64,000 bases of DNA from an uncultured Gammaproteobacteria bacterium (GCA_964453605.1 CAYVOI010000001.1:166276-230275), one strand, 5' to 3'; positions 34,402-46,663 are shown, numbered from the stretch's first letter. The notes: generated from the sequence alone by a model not told the origin. Translations and numbers: made by a program.

Positions 34402-35763
34402 ATGTCTGGTATTAAAGCCACGGTTCGTAAAGTTATACCCAAGTGGGGCTTAGGCCTCTATCATGCAGGTTATGCGTTTATTGCTGCAGCACGTTACGGG
34501 TTTCCCGGGCGGCGTTTAGTTGTGGTTGGCATCACTGGTACTAAAGGGAAGTCGACCACCTGTGCAATGGTGTGGCATATTTTACGTTCGGCTGGTTACA
34601 AAACCGGCCTTATCTCAACGGCGCAACTTTCGAGTGGCGGCGAGGCTAGAATTAGTGACCTAAAGATGACCATGCCCTCGCCGTTTTGGTTGCAGGGGTT
34701 TTTGCGAGACATGGTCCTGGCGGGCTGCACGCATGCAGTTGTCGAAACTTCTTCCGAGGGCTTAGCCCAGTGGCGCAGTTTAGGGATTAACTACCGTGTA
34801 GCAGTGTTCACAAACTTGGCCCCTGAGCACTTGGAAGCACATGGCAGCTATGCCGCCTACCGGGCAGCTAAGGGCAAACTCTTCCGCTTAGTAGGGGGGT
34901 CTGGTGGCACGAATGTAGTAAACCTCGACGATGCTGAGGCCAGGTACTTTCTGCAGTTTCCTACGCAGTCACGTTATGGTTACACATTACACGACGCACA
35001 CCCTGATGGTTTGACTAAAACATTCGCTGCTCAGGTGCAAGAGGTGACACCACGGCAGGCCCGGTTTACGTTTGGTGTTATACCAGTTGAGCTGTCCGTA
35101 GGTGGTGAGTTCAATGTGTACAATGCCCTGGCTGCTCTGGCTGCAGCACAAGCTGTTGGTGTCCCGCTAGAAAAATCAGCTGCAGCACTTGCAACTTTTT
35201 CTGGTACACCTGGGCGTTTGGAGTTTGTAACTTCTGAACCGTTTAACGTGGTAGTGGACTACGCCCACACACCAGAGTCGCTCGAGGCGGTATACTGTAC
35301 CCTCAAGCCGTCGACCGAACCTACGCCAAATCACTACCTGTCAAATTTGTCCGGCCGGACAAATTTGACAGGGCTTAACGGCCGGTCCCGTTTGATTGCA
35401 GTGTTAGGCTCTTGCGGTGGCGGGCGCGATAAGGCTAAACGCGAGCCGCTCGGGAAGTTGGCTGGGTACTACGCTGATCTGATAGTAGTGACAGACGAAG
35501 ATCCCTACGATGAAGATCCATTAAGCATCATGCAGTCCGTGGCTACGGGTGTCAGAGCGGCCGGAAAAAAAGAAGGAGAAAATTTTTGGATTGTGCCAGA
35601 GCGTAAGGAGGCAATCCGCCGGGCTATGTCACTTGCTCGAGCAGGGGATACGGTGGTCATAACCGGCAAAGGCGCCGAGCAGTGGCTGTGCGTTGCAGGT
35701 AACAAAAAAATTCCCTGGGACGATCGCCAGGTGGTACGTGAGGAGTTAGTTAAAGCTTCCTAG
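34402..35763 (+). CDS. murE: Mur ligase family protein (MurE-like UDP-N-acetylmuramoyl-tripeptide synthetase) with short N-terminal extension and internal insertion
   Basis: VVGITGTKGKSTT P-loop, DYAHTPESLEAV, GSCGGGRDKAKRE motifs; ~15-aa insertion between DYAHTP and GxCGGxRD motifs coincides with palindrome. Confidence 0.75.
   Translation: MSGIKATVRKVIPKWGLGLYHAGYAFIAAARYGFPGRRLVVVGITGTKGKSTTCAMVWHILRSAGYKTGLISTAQLSSGGEARISDLKMTMPSPFWLQGFLRDMVLAGCTHAVVETSSEGLAQWRSLGINYRVAVFTNLAPEHLEAHGSYAAYRAAKGKLFRLVGGSGGTNVVNLDDAEARYFLQFPTQSRYGYTLHDAHPDGLTKTFAAQVQEVTPRQARFTFGVIPVELSVGGEFNVYNALAALAAAQAVGVPLEKSAAALATFSGTPGRLEFVTSEPFNVVVDYAHTPESLEAVYCTLKPSTEPTPNHYLSNLSGRTNLTGLNGRSRLIAVLGSCGGGRDKAKREPLGKLAGYYADLIVVTDEDPYDEDPLSIMQSVATGVRAAGKKEGENFWIVPERKEAIRRAMSLARAGDTVVITGKGAEQWLCVAGNKKIPWDDRQVVREELVKAS
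35337..35372. repeat. perfect 36-bp palindrome (18-bp arms, no spacer) inside Mur ligase coding sequence
   Basis: CCTGTCAAATTTGTCCGG|CCGGACAAATTTGACAGG read directly; encodes in-frame YLSNLSGRTNLTGL. Confidence 0.9.
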
Positions 35764-35778
35764 GACTACAACTGCACC

Positions 35779-36801
35779 ATGATTCATATTTTATCGTTGC
35801 TCTGGAACCTGCGCCCTCTAGCGGCTGCCCTAGTGGTGGTAGTGGTAGATTTTGGTATGGTCTGTTTGCTCATGTGTTTAGAGGGTCGTCCGCCCTGGCA
35901 GCGCACGCTTTACAAAACGTTTGTCTATAATGATACGGTGTTTATCCCGCTTTACATTGCTATGGCTGTTGTTGTCATGCAGCCTGTGAAGGCAGCCTCT
36001 ACGTTTTACACTTTTCCTCGATGGCACATGGGGCTCCTGGTGGTAGGCTTTGTCGTTTCCTTCCTCATTGAGTACATTGCCGTCAAACGTGGTCAGTTCA
36101 CAGTGAGCCAAGAGTTAAGCCCTTCTAAGCTTTGGCATACTTTTATCTTTGCAATTATATTTTATTGGTCGCTGAGTTCACTAGTCCTAGTAGCGGTAAT
36201 CCACCGTCCGTTGTGGGCGATGGGCCTTATTGCGCTATCGTTCCTAGGTTTTGTTTATACGTGCTACCTAGACCTTATACTACCCTGGCCCAAGGACGCA
36301 CACCTAGAAGGGACCTATATACCCTGGAAGTGGCAAGTTAGGGGACAACAAGAAATCGCCCAAGACAGCCGGGAGGTAATACGACAAAATTTGCACCAAG
36401 ATGAAGATACCTATAGGGGTGTAGTTATTGAAGAGTCGCTTCAAAGCAAAGATATACTTCGAAAGTTGAAGATTGTCTCCACTAAAGTGGAACAGGTGAC
36501 TGAGAAACACCATACGCCTTGGTTGCAACAGTGGACGCTACACGCCATTGAAGTACCTAGTAGCCAGGCCGAGGGGGTTGCTGCGACGTTGAGCAAAGTC
36601 CTCGACTACAGCCATGGTGGCGCTTGGTATGCTGATTTTAAGAATACTACTCATCACTACATAATTTTTCTAGACAAAGTTTTTTCTATTGATAGGCAGA
36701 GCAAACAACAGTACGACGAGGCTAAGCGCTATGGTATGAGTTTAGGCATACCGGAGTACCAAGTTGATTTTCATCCCGAGGTTAAAACTTGGGAGAGGTA
36801 G
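35779..36801 (+). CDS. polytopic membrane protein with cytoplasmic C-terminal domain, unknown function
   Basis: 5-6 predicted TM helices then soluble 150-aa tail. Confidence 0.5.
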   Translation: MIHILSLLWNLRPLAAALVVVVVDFGMVCLLMCLEGRPPWQRTLYKTFVYNDTVFIPLYIAMAVVVMQPVKAASTFYTFPRWHMGLLVVGFVVSFLIEYIAVKRGQFTVSQELSPSKLWHTFIFAIIFYWSLSSLVLVAVIHRPLWAMGLIALSFLGFVYTCYLDLILPWPKDAHLEGTYIPWKWQVRGQQEIAQDSREVIRQNLHQDEDTYRGVVIEESLQSKDILRKLKIVSTKVEQVTEKHHTPWLQQWTLHAIEVPSSQAEGVAATLSKVLDYSHGGAWYADFKNTTHHYIIFLDKVFSIDRQSKQQYDEAKRYGMSLGIPEYQVDFHPEVKTWER

Positions 36802-36817
36802 TGTTACGCTTTGCAGT

Positions 36818-37357
36818 ATGCCAGAGCAACCCACTCAGATAGATGCTTTAGCTCAAGTGCTCTGGGATTACAATCACCTTGAGCAGCCTATTAAGCCGGC
36901 TGATTGTATTTTTGTGCTCGGTAGTCATGATTTACGTGTAGCTAGGCGAGGTGCAGAGTTATTTTTACAGGGTTATGCTCCTAGGATTATTTTTTCTGGC
37001 GGTTTTGGTAGGTTGACTCGAATTACTAAAAAACTTTTAGCAGAGAATCATATTACGCTACGCACCGCTATCGTGGTACAAAAACCATATATGCTTAGGC
37101 GCGCTTACGCGGCACTGCGTAAGCAATGGCCTGAGCTGGAGGTGATGATGACTGCTCCCGCAATTACATATCAAGAATACCCCGATGCATTTACATCTCG
37201 TGGGCGACTCATACATGTACTAGTTGGTGATACCCAACGCCTTAGGTTATATGCTGAGCGTGGGTTACAAATACCACAAGAAATACCGGATGCGGTTTGG
37301 GATGCTTACTCTGAGCTCGTTAAGCTGGGCTATAATAAACACCTAGTTGTTACCTAG
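36818..37357 (+). CDS. YdcF/ElyC/SanA (DUF218) family protein
   Basis: Start at ATG 36818; ADCIFVLGSHDLRVARRGAELFLQGYAPRIIFSGGFG core. Confidence 0.7.
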   Translation: MPEQPTQIDALAQVLWDYNHLEQPIKPADCIFVLGSHDLRVARRGAELFLQGYAPRIIFSGGFGRLTRITKKLLAENHITLRTAIVVQKPYMLRRAYAALRKQWPELEVMMTAPAITYQEYPDAFTSRGRLIHVLVGDTQRLRLYAERGLQIPQEIPDAVWDAYSELVKLGYNKHLVVT

Positions 37358-37507
37358 TTCTAGGGGTTCGGCCTACCACCCATGGCATACTAGATCTAGT
37401 ATCTGTGGATAACTTTGATCAAGGGATTATCTTTTTGCTTAAAATAGGCAATTTTGTAAAGAAAAGCTTGTTCTTCATCAAAACCTCAGGTTTTGCCACT
37501 TGACAGT

Positions 37508-37536
37508 TTGACAGTGGAAAACCTGTCTGTTAGACT
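37508..37536 (+). promoter_or_regulatory. candidate rpoBC promoter TTGACA-17-TAGACT (tandem TTGACA)
   Basis: cacTTGACAgTTTGACAgtggaaaacctgtctgtTAGACTcaa; ~145-nt leader with hairpins precedes rpoB. Confidence 0.4.
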
Positions 37537-37681
37537 CAATATACTTTGTTTTGTTACCTGTAAGCTAACTTTAGCCCTTAGCTTGGCGCACGCCTGCATG
37601 CGTCCCATTGTTCTTGCTTGAGCTTTGCAAGAATTAGACATCTCGTCCCCAAGAGTCCCATATGGGGAAGAGCTATTTTTT

Positions 37682-40600
37682 ATGTCTGCCAAATTAATTA
37701 GCACTGCTACCTCGCCACTTAACGAGCGTAAATCCTTTACACCAATAAAGGATACTATTCCCTTGCCTGACCTGATTGAGGTTCAGAAGGCCTCGTACAA
37801 GTGGTTTTTTGATGAAGGCTTAAAAGAGCTGTTCGACGAAATTTCGCCGATTCGTGATTTTATCGGCCGGGACCTCGAGCTCTACTTTTTGGATTACTAC
37901 TTGGATGAGCCAAAGTTTGACGAGGTGACGGCTCGTGTGAAGAACACCAGCTTCGAAGCTGCGCTCCGCGTGAAGACCAGGTTGGTCAATAAGAAGACTG
38001 GTGAAATTAAAGAGCAGCAGGTGTACCTCGGCGACTTCCCGATCATGACCCCGAGGGGTACGTTTGTGGTGAATGGTATTGAGCGCGCGGTAGTTTCGCA
38101 GCTCATTCGCTCGGCGGGTGTGTTCTTTACCTCGGAGTTCCTGCGCGGCCGGAGGTACTACGGCGCAAAGATAATCCCGAACCGCGGCGCCTGGTTGGAA
38201 TTTGAAACTGATTTGAACCACGTGCTGTGGGTGAAGATAGACCGTAAGCGCAAGGTGGCGGTGACCTCACTGCTCCGTGCTTTTGGCTACAGCTCAGACG
38301 CCGACATCAAACCACTGTTCACTGATGTGGATACTAGCCCTGAGGTGCAGTACATAGCCGCCACGCTCGCCAAAGACACGGCTAAGGACGAAGCTGAGGG
38401 GTTGATTGAGGTATACAAGCGCATTCGCCCTGGCGACCTGGCTACGGTAGACAACGCCAAGCAGCTCATCCACAACATGTTCTTCAACTTCGCGCGCTAC
38501 GACTTTGGCCGGGTAGGCCGCTACAAACTGAACCAGCGCTTTGGTTTTAAGCTGGAGAACAGCAAGGAGACCAGGGTCTTACGGCCAGAGGACTTGGTCA
38601 TGATTGTGAAGGAGATTATTCGCCTCAACAACGCCCAGGCCGAGCCAGACGACATTGACCACCTGGGAAACCGCCGCGTACGCGCGGTAGGCGAGCTGGT
38701 GCAGAACAAGTTCCGCGTCGGGTTGGCGCGCTTAGAGCGTATTATCAAGGACCGCATGTCGACCCTAGACATTTCGACTTTGACGCCAAACCAACTCGTG
38801 AATGCGCGCCCTATCATCGGGGCTATTAAAGAGTTCTTTATGAGCTCGCAGCTTTCGCAGTTCATGGATCAAACCAACCCGTTGGCTGAACTCGAGCACA
38901 AGCGTAGGCTTAGCGCTATGGGCCCTGGTGGTCTTTCGCGCGAACGCGCCGGGTTCGACGTTCGCGACGTTCACCGCACCCACTATGGCCGCATTTGCCC
39001 CATTGCTACGCCAGAAGGTCCAAACATCGGTTTGGTTGGTCACCTAGCTTCTTACGCCCGGGTAAACAGCTACGGCTTTATTGAAACACCGTTCCGGCCA
39101 GTAGTGCACGATGTAGCCAACGACGGCAAGGCCGCGGTTGGTGAAAAGTTGAGGCAAGACGTTACCGACTCCTCGGGCAAGGTTTTGGGTAAGCAGGGGG
39201 AGAGTGTGAACGCTTCACTAGCCCAGGCGCTTAAAGCCAGTGGCGAGAAGACCGTGCCAGTGGTGCCGCACGTGCTGGACGAGGTGGTGTGGCTCGACGC
39301 GTTTGAGGAAGAGCGCAACGTAACTACGGCCGCCACCACTTCGCTTGATGAGAAGGGCTACTTCTTGACTGAGCGTGCTGAAATTCGTCTCCACGGCGAG
39401 CCGACTATTGACGTAGTGGCAAAAATTGACTACATGGACGTGTCTCCTAAGCAGATTGTGTCGGTGACCACGTCGCTCATTCCGTTCCTGGAGCACGACG
39501 ACGCCGTGCGTGCGCTGATGGGCACCAACATGCAACGTCAGGCTGTGCCGTGCATTAAGCCGCAAGCGCCGGTGGTTGGTACCGGTGTGGAGGGTAAGGC
39601 AGCGCAAGACTCAGGCCAGGTGCTGGTGGCTGAGCAGAGCGGTGAAGTGGTAGCGGTGCAGGCTGACCGGATTGAGGTGAAAGACGACAACGGTAAAGTG
39701 CATGTCTACAATTTAGGAAAATTCGTACGCTCCAACGCTTCGACTTGTATGAACCACAAGCCGATTGTGGCCAAAGGACAACACGTGAAGAAAGGTGACG
39801 TGTTGGCTGATGGTGCCGCGACCCAGGTAGGGGAGCTGGCGTTGGGGCAGAACGTTTTAGTTGCCTACTTGCCGTGGGAAGGCGGTAACTACGAAGACGC
39901 GGTGCTCATTTCGGAACGCCTGGTGAAGGACGACCGCTACACCTCTATCCACATCGAGGACTACACTATCGACGTTCGCGACACCAAGCTTGGGCCTGAG
40001 GTGGTGACCCGCGACATTCCGAACGTAGGTGAGGAAAAGCTCAAAGACCTGGACGAGGGTGGCATTGTCCGTATTGGCGCCGAGGTCTCCTCGGGTGACA
40101 TATTGGTCGGGAAAATTACGCCAAAAGGTGAAACCGAGCTCTCAGCTGAGGAAAAGCTGCTCCGCGCCATTTTCGGTGAAAAAGCTAAGGATGTTCGGGA
40201 CTCCTCGCTCTACCTGGAGCACGGTGAGCACGGCAAGGTGGTAGGCATCAAAATTTTTTCACGCGAGAACGGCGACCGCTTGCCCTCTGGTGTTATCCAA
40301 TCTATTCAAGTTTCTATTGCGCAGCTTAGAAAAGTGCAGGTAGGCGACAAAATGGCTGGCCGCCATGGTAACAAAGGTGTTATTTCGAAGATCGTGCCCA
40401 TTGAGGATATGCCCTTCTTGGCTGATGGCACGCCAGTCGACATTATTTTGAACCCCTTAGGTGTGGCCTCGCGTATGAACATCGGGCAGATTCTGGAAAC
40501 GCACTTGGGGCTGGCGGCCTGGACACTAGGCTACCGTGTGGCCACGCCAGTTTTGGACGGTGTGCCCGAGACCACCATTCGCTCTGAGCTCAAGAAGGCA

Positions 40601-41080
40601 GGGTTCCCTGAGACTGGTAAGCTGAAGCTGTACCACGGCCGTACCGGTGAGCCGTTCGACGAGCCGGTGACCGTTGGTGTTACCTACATGCTGAAGCTGA
40701 ACCACTTGGTGGAGGACAAAATCCACCAGCGTTCTATTGGTCCGTACTCACTGGTAACGCAGCAGCCCCTTGGCGGCAAGGCGCAGTTCGGTGGTCAGCG
40801 CTTTGGTGAAATGGAGGTGTGGGCGCTCGAAGCCTACGGCGCGGCACATACGCTGCAGGAAATTTTGACCATTAAGTCTGATGACGTCCCTGGCCGCTCG
40901 AAAGCCTATGAATCCATTATTAAAGGCGAAGCTATTAAGAAGCTTAACGTGCCTGAGTCGTTCAACGTGCTCATTCGTGAACTCAAAGGCCTAGGGCTTG
41001 ATGCCGAACTCTTGAAGGGTGAGCAGGTGGTGCCTATAGACCAGCCCGAGCGACCAAGGGCTTCAGAGTCAGCGAGCTAA
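37682..41080 (+). CDS. rpoB: DNA-directed RNA polymerase subunit beta
   Basis: Start at ATG 37682 ([12 protein letters not shown]...); conserved RpoB blocks throughout. Confidence 0.97.
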   Translation: MSAKLISTATSPLNERKSFTPIKDTIPLPDLIEVQKASYKWFFDEGLKELFDEISPIRDFIGRDLELYFLDYYLDEPKFDEVTARVKNTSFEAALRVKTRLVNKKTGEIKEQQVYLGDFPIMTPRGTFVVNGIERAVVSQLIRSAGVFFTSEFLRGRRYYGAKIIPNRGAWLEFETDLNHVLWVKIDRKRKVAVTSLLRAFGYSSDADIKPLFTDVDTSPEVQYIAATLAKDTAKDEAEGLIEVYKRIRPGDLATVDNAKQLIHNMFFNFARYDFGRVGRYKLNQRFGFKLENSKETRVLRPEDLVMIVKEIIRLNNAQAEPDDIDHLGNRRVRAVGELVQNKFRVGLARLERIIKDRMSTLDISTLTPNQLVNARPIIGAIKEFFMSSQLSQFMDQTNPLAELEHKRRLSAMGPGGLSRERAGFDVRDVHRTHYGRICPIATPEGPNIGLVGHLASYARVNSYGFIETPFRPVVHDVANDGKAAVGEKLRQDVTDSSGKVLGKQGESVNASLAQALKASGEKTVPVVPHVLDEVVWLDAFEEERNVTTAATTSLDEKGYFLTERAEIRLHGEPTIDVVAKIDYMDVSPKQIVSVTTSLIPFLEHDDAVRALMGTNMQRQAVPCIKPQAPVVGTGVEGKAAQDSGQVLVAEQSGEVVAVQADRIEVKDDNGKVHVYNLGKFVRSNASTCMNHKPIVAKGQHVKKGDVLADGAATQVGELALGQNVLVAYLPWEGGNYEDAVLISERLVKDDRYTSIHIEDYTIDVRDTKLGPEVVTRDIPNVGEEKLKDLDEGGIVRIGAEVSSGDILVGKITPKGETELSAEEKLLRAIFGEKAKDVRDSSLYLEHGEHGKVVGIKIFSRENGDRLPSGVIQSIQVSIAQLRKVQVGDKMAGRHGNKGVISKIVPIEDMPFLADGTPVDIILNPLGVASRMNIGQILETHLGLAAWTLGYRVATPVLDGVPETTIRSELKKAGFPETGKLKLYHGRTGEPFDEPVTVGVTYMLKLNHLVEDKIHQRSIGPYSLVTQQPLGGKAQFGGQRFGEMEVWALEAYGAAHTLQEILTIKSDDVPGRSKAYESIIKGEAIKKLNVPESFNVLIRELKGLGLDAELLKGEQVVPIDQPERPRASESAS

Positions 41081-41090
41081 TTGTAACCCT

Positions 41091-44000
41091 ATGTTTCCTG
41101 AACGCGACTACCTCAACGTCAACGACTTCGACTCCATCCGCCTGAAGCTGGCCTCACCGGAAGGCATTGCCAAGTGGTCGTACGGCGAGGTGACGAAGCC
41201 TGAGACTATTAACTACCGTACGCAGAAGCCCGAGAAGGACGGCTTGTTCGACGAGCGCATTTTCGGTCCCACCAAAGACTGGGAGTGCTACTGCGGTAAG
41301 TACAAGCGCGTGCGCTACCGCGGCATCGTCTGTGATAAGTGTGGTGTGGAGGTTACCCGCTCGGTGGTGCGGCGTGAGCGCTTTGGCCACATTAAGCTGG
41401 CCTCCCCCGTCTCCCACATTTGGTTCCTCCGCGGTGTGCCCTCCAAGATTGGGCTTACCTTAGGGCTATCGGTGCAGGAGCTCGAAAAGGTGATCTACTT
41501 TGCCTCGTTCATTGTAACCCAGGTGGATGAGCCTAAGAAGCAGGCACTCTTAGAACAGGTGACGGCCGAGTACAAGTCCAAGCGTAAGTCGATTGAGGCC
41601 GAGGCCTCGCAGAAGCTCGGCGAGGCACCCAAGCGGCACACGGGCAAGGAGCTCGAGCGCGAGCGTAAGTTGATTGAGACTTTGAAGCAAGATAAGCTCA
41701 AGAAACTCGACGAGGCGTACGAGATCGCCCGGCGCGAGCTCAAAGACCTGAAGGTGCTCCAGATTATTTCGGAGAGCCAGTACCAAGACCTCTCCCTCAA
41801 GTATGGGGCAGTGTTTGAGGCCAGCATCGGGGCGGAGGCGATTCGGAGCCTCTTGGAGCGGGTAGACCTGAAGAAAGAAATCAAAGCACTCGAGGCTGAA
41901 GGTGAGAGCGTGGCGGCTAAGCAGAAGAAAGCAACCCGTAGGCTCAAGCTCTTAAAGAGCTTGGCCGCGGTGGGCCTGCGGCCTGAGTGGACTATTCTCA
42001 CCATGCTGCCGGTGATTCCGCCAGACCTTAGGCCCATGGTGCAGCTCGACGGTGGCCGGTTTGCAACTTCCGACCTTAACGACCTCTACCGGCGTGTGAT
42101 TAACCGTAACAACCGCCTGAAGCGTTTGCTCGAGCTTAATGCGCCAGAGGTTATCTGCCGCAACGAAAAGCGCATGCTGCAGGAAGCGGTGGACGCCCTC
42201 ATCGACAACAGCGCCCGTCACGGCAAAACAGTGACCGCCTCCACTGGCCAGCGCCGCATGCTCAAGTCTATTGCCGACATTTTGAAGGGTAAGCAGGGGC
42301 GCTTCCGCCAGAACCTTTTGGGTAAGCGTATTGACTACTCGGGTCGCAGCGTTATTGTGGTGGGCCCTACCCTGGAGCTCCACCAGTGCGGGCTACCCAA
42401 GCGCATGGCCTTGGAGCTGTTTAAGCCTTTTGTTATTTCTAAGCTCATCGCGCGCGAGCTGGTACACAACGTCAGGAGCGCCAACCGTTTCATTGAGTCT
42501 GGCCGGCCAGAGGTGTGGGACATTCTAGAGGAAATTATTAAGGGCGCTCACGTGCTTTTGAACCGCGCGCCCACGCTCCACCGCCTGGGCATTCAAGCCT
42601 TCCAACCCATACTCATTGAGGGTAAGGCTATTCAGGTGCACCCGCTGGTGTGCCCAGCCTTTAATGCCGACTTCGATGGCGACCAAATGGCCGTGCACGT
42701 GCCCCTGACGGAGGAAGCCAAGTGGGAGGCGGCCAACATTATGCTCTCGTCCAAGAACCTGCTTAAGCCTGCCACGGGCGAGCCAGTGTCCACGCCGTCA
42801 CAAGACATTGTGCTCGGTTGCTACTACATGACCAACCAAGGTGCTGTGCCTGAGGGGGCTACGCCCAAGGCGTTTGCTGATCCAGCTGAGGCGGTGATGG
42901 CGTACCAGAACGGTTACATAACCTTGCAGCAACCTATACGTGTCCGCTACGAGGGCGAGCGGCTCGTAACGTGCGTGGGCCGTTTGCTGTTCAACGAGGT
43001 GCTGCCCGAAGAGCTCAGGTTTTTCAACAAATCGGTGGACAAAAAAGCGCTTAAAGGGTTAGTCGCCGAGACACTGTCGCGCTACGGCATTCTGGCTACC
43101 GCCAAGTTCCTCGATAAGCTCAAAGAGATCGGGTTCCAGTACCTCACGCGGTCCGGGCTTTCCTGGGGCATGTCAGACTTACCCTCGCTCCCTGAGCGGG
43201 AAGAGGTATACGCCAAGGCTGAAACTGAGGTAGGGGAAATTCATGACCAGTACCAGCAGGGGCTGCTTACGGAGGAAGAGCGTCATGCTAAGGTGATCGA
43301 GATTTGGGCGCAGGTCAAAGAGCGCGTTACCGAGCTGTCACGAAAAATTTTGCCGAACCATGGTTCGGTCTACTCCATGATCGAGTCTGGCGCGCGTGGC
43401 TCGTGGGGCCAGATCACACAGATGATGGGTATGAAGGGTTTGGTCACCAACCCGGGCGGCGAAACCATTGAGCTGCCGGTCAAGGGAAACTTCAAGGAAG
43501 GTTTCGACGTGCTGGAGTACTTTATCTCCACCCACGGCACCCGTAAGGGCCTCACTGACATTGCGCTCCGCACTGCGAACGCCGGCTACTTAACGCGCCG
43601 TTTGGTGGACGTAGCCCACGATATTGTGGTGGTGGAGCAGGACTGTGGCGACAGAGAGGGTATTGTGTTTACCACCGTCGAGAGCGAGGAAATGGGCGAC
43701 CCCTTGGGCAACCGCGTCGTCGGGCGCTTCTTGCTCCAAGAGGTGAAAGACGACAGCGGGAAGGTGGTCGTGAAGAAGAACGAGCTGGTGAGCCCAGAGC
43801 AGGGTAAGAAGATAAGCAAGCTAGGGCTACCAGAGCTTAAAGTTCGCTCGGCCCTGACCTGTAAGACCAGGCGCGGTATTTGCCAGCGGTGCTACGGCTT
43901 TGACCTCGGCTGCAATGCCTTGGTAGAAATTGGTACTGCGGTCGGCATCATCGCCGCGCAGTCGATTGGTGAACCAGGTACCCAGCTCACCATGCGCACC

Positions 44001-45074
44001 TTCCACACCGGCGGTGTGGCCTCAGCTGAGGACATTACCCAAGGTTTGCCGCGCGTGGAAGAGGTGTTCGAAACCAGGCCCGTGAAGCGTCCAGGGCTCC
44101 TTTCGCCCGCTGACGGCAAGGCGGCAGTAACGAGCCGCGGCCGCCAGAAGTTCATTACCCTGAGCTTTCAAGACGCGGTCGAAGAGCGCTTCCCGCTCTC
44201 AAAGTACGCTGGCGCTAAGGTGCTGGTGAAAAAGGGTGCTAAGGTGGCCGCTGGCACGCCGCTCTTTAAGGTGGGCGAAGCCCAAGTTTCAAGCACTCAC
44301 GGCGGTACTGTCACCCAAGTGGCCGACGCCGTGGTGGTCGCCGGTACTGGTACGGTGAGTAAAGAGTTTGCCGTACCGATTGGTGTAGCGCTGTGGGTGC
44401 GGGACGGTGATCTGGTAGCGAAGGGTCAGCAGCTCACCGAAGGGTCCTTAGACCTGCACGAGCTCTACGCGCTTAAGGGTAAGGACGCGGTGCAGAAGTA
44501 CATCTTAAAGGAAATTCAGTACATCTACTCCTCCCAAGGCCAGAAGCTCAACGATAAGCACATCGAGGTTATCATCCGCCAGCTGTTCTCTAGGCTCTAC
44601 GTGACCGAGCCGGGGGACACCGATTTGCTGCCCGGCGAGGTGGTAACGGTAGCACAGTTTGGCGAGGCCAACGACGAGGTAGCAGAGGGTGGCACCAGGG
44701 CTACCGCCGAGCACCTACTCCTGGGGATTACCAAGGCCTCGCTCTCTACCGATAGCTTCCTCTCGGCCGCCAGCTTCCAAGAAACGGCCCGTGTGCTTAT
44801 CGACGCGGCTGTCACCGGCAAGGTAGACAAGCTCCGCGGGCTTAAGGAGAACGTCATCATCGGCCGCCTGATTCCAGCTGGCACAGGCTTAGGGCCCCAA
44901 GCTGAACGCCTCAAAGAGGCCATGGTAGAGGTTGAGCGTGAGCAAGCAGCTGCCCGCGCCGCGGCTAACGCTCGCCGCGAGGCAGAACTTGCGGCCTCTA
45001 TTGCAGCTGCTCATGCCGAACTAGCCCCGGTGGTGAGTGAAAGTGCTCCGGCCATACCCGTTGAGGAGGTGTAG
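41091..45074 (+). CDS. rpoC: DNA-directed RNA polymerase subunit beta'
   Basis: Zn-binding [26 protein letters not shown] catalytic motif, 1327 aa. Confidence 0.97.
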   Translation: MFPERDYLNVNDFDSIRLKLASPEGIAKWSYGEVTKPETINYRTQKPEKDGLFDERIFGPTKDWECYCGKYKRVRYRGIVCDKCGVEVTRSVVRRERFGHIKLASPVSHIWFLRGVPSKIGLTLGLSVQELEKVIYFASFIVTQVDEPKKQALLEQVTAEYKSKRKSIEAEASQKLGEAPKRHTGKELERERKLIETLKQDKLKKLDEAYEIARRELKDLKVLQIISESQYQDLSLKYGAVFEASIGAEAIRSLLERVDLKKEIKALEAEGESVAAKQKKATRRLKLLKSLAAVGLRPEWTILTMLPVIPPDLRPMVQLDGGRFATSDLNDLYRRVINRNNRLKRLLELNAPEVICRNEKRMLQEAVDALIDNSARHGKTVTASTGQRRMLKSIADILKGKQGRFRQNLLGKRIDYSGRSVIVVGPTLELHQCGLPKRMALELFKPFVISKLIARELVHNVRSANRFIESGRPEVWDILEEIIKGAHVLLNRAPTLHRLGIQAFQPILIEGKAIQVHPLVCPAFNADFDGDQMAVHVPLTEEAKWEAANIMLSSKNLLKPATGEPVSTPSQDIVLGCYYMTNQGAVPEGATPKAFADPAEAVMAYQNGYITLQQPIRVRYEGERLVTCVGRLLFNEVLPEELRFFNKSVDKKALKGLVAETLSRYGILATAKFLDKLKEIGFQYLTRSGLSWGMSDLPSLPEREEVYAKAETEVGEIHDQYQQGLLTEEERHAKVIEIWAQVKERVTELSRKILPNHGSVYSMIESGARGSWGQITQMMGMKGLVTNPGGETIELPVKGNFKEGFDVLEYFISTHGTRKGLTDIALRTANAGYLTRRLVDVAHDIVVVEQDCGDREGIVFTTVESEEMGDPLGNRVVGRFLLQEVKDDSGKVVVKKNELVSPEQGKKISKLGLPELKVRSALTCKTRRGICQRCYGFDLGCNALVEIGTAVGIIAAQSIGEPGTQLTMRTFHTGGVASAEDITQGLPRVEEVFETRPVKRPGLLSPADGKAAVTSRGRQKFITLSFQDAVEERFPLSKYAGAKVLVKKGAKVAAGTPLFKVGEAQVSSTHGGTVTQVADAVVVAGTGTVSKEFAVPIGVALWVRDGDLVAKGQQLTEGSLDLHELYALKGKDAVQKYILKEIQYIYSSQGQKLNDKHIEVIIRQLFSRLYVTEPGDTDLLPGEVVTVAQFGEANDEVAEGGTRATAEHLLLGITKASLSTDSFLSAASFQETARVLIDAAVTGKVDKLRGLKENVIIGRLIPAGTGLGPQAERLKEAMVEVEREQAAARAAANARREAELAASIAAAHAELAPVVSESAPAIPVEEV

Positions 45075-45097
45075 TTTGGGAGCCTGGAAGTTATAAA

Positions 45098-45127
45098 CCC
45101 CACGGGTGGCCACCCGTGGGGTTTTGG
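45098..45127 (+). terminator. rho-independent terminator after rpoC
   Basis: CCCCACGGGTGG-CCACCCGTGGGG followed by TTTTGG. Confidence 0.8.
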
Positions 45128-45279
45128 TTATGCTGGCAGCGCGACCTAAAGCCCTTGACAAAACATCCGTTTCACGCCATCATAACTTGTTACTGTGCCG
45201 GTACGGACATTAACAAATTAACCCCTGAATAGCGCGGAAAAATATTCAATTCACACATCTAGGGAAGGAGTAAGGAAAA

Positions 45280-45900
45280 ATGTTAAAACAAAATCGACCA
45301 CCCTCGGTCGCTAACTTGGTGGCGCTGGGTAGGAAATTGGCCTACGGCGTTCTCATGGTAGGGTTTATAGGCCTGCTGCTGGGTAGCCAGGTTAACGCCC
45401 AGCCACCCAAGCACATCAAGCTCGGCACCCTGAAGAACGCCGATGCCATTCGCCAGGCCCTTACAGGGCAGGGCTACCGTATCAGCGATTGGGCCAGTAA
45501 TATTCTCAGTAAGCCAGCCTTCACGGTGGCAAGCGCAGAAACCAGCCTTGAGCTAGTGCAGGTGGCGGTCGGCGAACTTGGCTTTGAGCAAGGACACACT
45601 CTGATCGTCGGCTACCCTGACGTTAAGCTGCTAGTTACTCGTGAGCAAATTTACGACCGTGCCCTTAAGAAGGGTCTCGTGCTCTGCCCTGCGGAGGTGG
45701 GCCCACAGCTCAGGCTACAGTACCCAGACCAACCCATGGGCGAATGGATGCTAATTGCCATTGAACCAATCGCTGACTCGGGTGGCGACCTCAACGTGTT
45801 CTGCGTCGAGCGCGATAGCGCTGGTTGCTGGCTCCACGCCTGCACCGACGCCGGCTACTGGGATCAACGCACTCGTTGGGTGTTCGCTCGCCGCCATTGA
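45280..45900 (+). CDS. secreted/membrane-anchored hypothetical protein
   Basis: N-terminal hydrophobic segment LAYGVLMVGFIGLLLGSQVNA; no recognised domain. Confidence 0.5.
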   Translation: MLKQNRPPSVANLVALGRKLAYGVLMVGFIGLLLGSQVNAQPPKHIKLGTLKNADAIRQALTGQGYRISDWASNILSKPAFTVASAETSLELVQVAVGELGFEQGHTLIVGYPDVKLLVTREQIYDRALKKGLVLCPAEVGPQLRLQYPDQPMGEWMLIAIEPIADSGGDLNVFCVERDSAGCWLHACTDAGYWDQRTRWVFARRH

Positions 45901-45925
45901 TAAATCGGCGGTTTAGGCGTATACT
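45897..45925 (+). promoter_or_regulatory. sigma70-like promoter TTGATA-17-TATACT for paralog B (overlaps stop of upstream gene)
   Basis: caTTGATAaatcggcggtttaggcgTATACTac; hairpin CCGTAGCTGTACGG in leader. Confidence 0.55.
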
Positions 45926-46021
45926 ACTTTGTTACCGTAGCTGTACGGCAACAGCTTAACAAACGCCCGAGGCCGTAACCTTGGGACCATCAAACAATAA
46001 ACATACATAAGGAGATACACC

Positions 46022-46663
46022 ATGGGTAAATCCGTAAGTACGGACCAATCTCATGCCATTATGGCTGCACTGGCCACGAACGTAGATTGGGCGCAGTTAA
46101 ACCCTGACTTGCTCCAAGAGCAAGTTGTTCGAAACGCCACCGAAGCCGGCAGGCACTTTACCGCTTTCCTTAAAGCGGGCGCCCGCCTGGTTTCAAACCA
46201 GCCCACCATCATCACCATCGACCGGTCGCAGCCGTTTGACCTGGCTAAATTCATAGGCCCAGGCTGGTTCATCGAAGAGCAAGAGCAGGACCAGCGCTCC
46301 CTGGCACTCACCAAAGTTGACCTTGCCAAAGTCGAACTCATTACCTGCCTCAAGCCGGGAGAGGCCCAGGTTGGTGGCGAGGAGAGGCTGAAGCGCCTCA
46401 AACAGGATGGCCGCATCCGGCTCGATGCTAAGATCTTTCAGACACTCTGGGAGAACCAGAGCCTCATTCCTGGGGCCTGGAAAGAGAAAATGAACGGTAA
46501 TACTACGTACATCTACTTCGACGGCACTCCTCTGCGCAACCCGCGCGGTAGCCGTTACGCCCTCTGCCTGTACTGGCGCGACGGCCAGTTGGACTGGTGC
46601 TACCGCTGGCTTGAGTACGGCTGGGGCTCTAACGCGCCGTCGGCGGTTCTCGCCGCCGCATAA
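46022..46663 (+). CDS. hypothetical protein, paralog B of 24240..24847 family (shared C-terminal module ending ...PSAVLAAA)
   Basis: SD AAGGAG; strong amino-acid and ~80% nucleotide identity to paralog A over the last ~120 nt, divergent N-terminal 70 aa. Confidence 0.6.
   Translation: MGKSVSTDQSHAIMAALATNVDWAQLNPDLLQEQVVRNATEAGRHFTAFLKAGARLVSNQPTIITIDRSQPFDLAKFIGPGWFIEEQEQDQRSLALTKVDLAKVELITCLKPGEAQVGGEERLKRLKQDGRIRLDAKIFQTLWENQSLIPGAWKEKMNGNTTYIYFDGTPLRNPRGSRYALCLYWRDGQLDWCYRWLEYGWGSNAPSAVLAAA

Noticed and set aside
41091-45074. Numerous antisense ORFs within rpoB/rpoC (e.g. 37820..38221 -, 41495..42037 -, 43892..44155 -)
   Set aside because: All embedded antisense in highly conserved RNAP genes.
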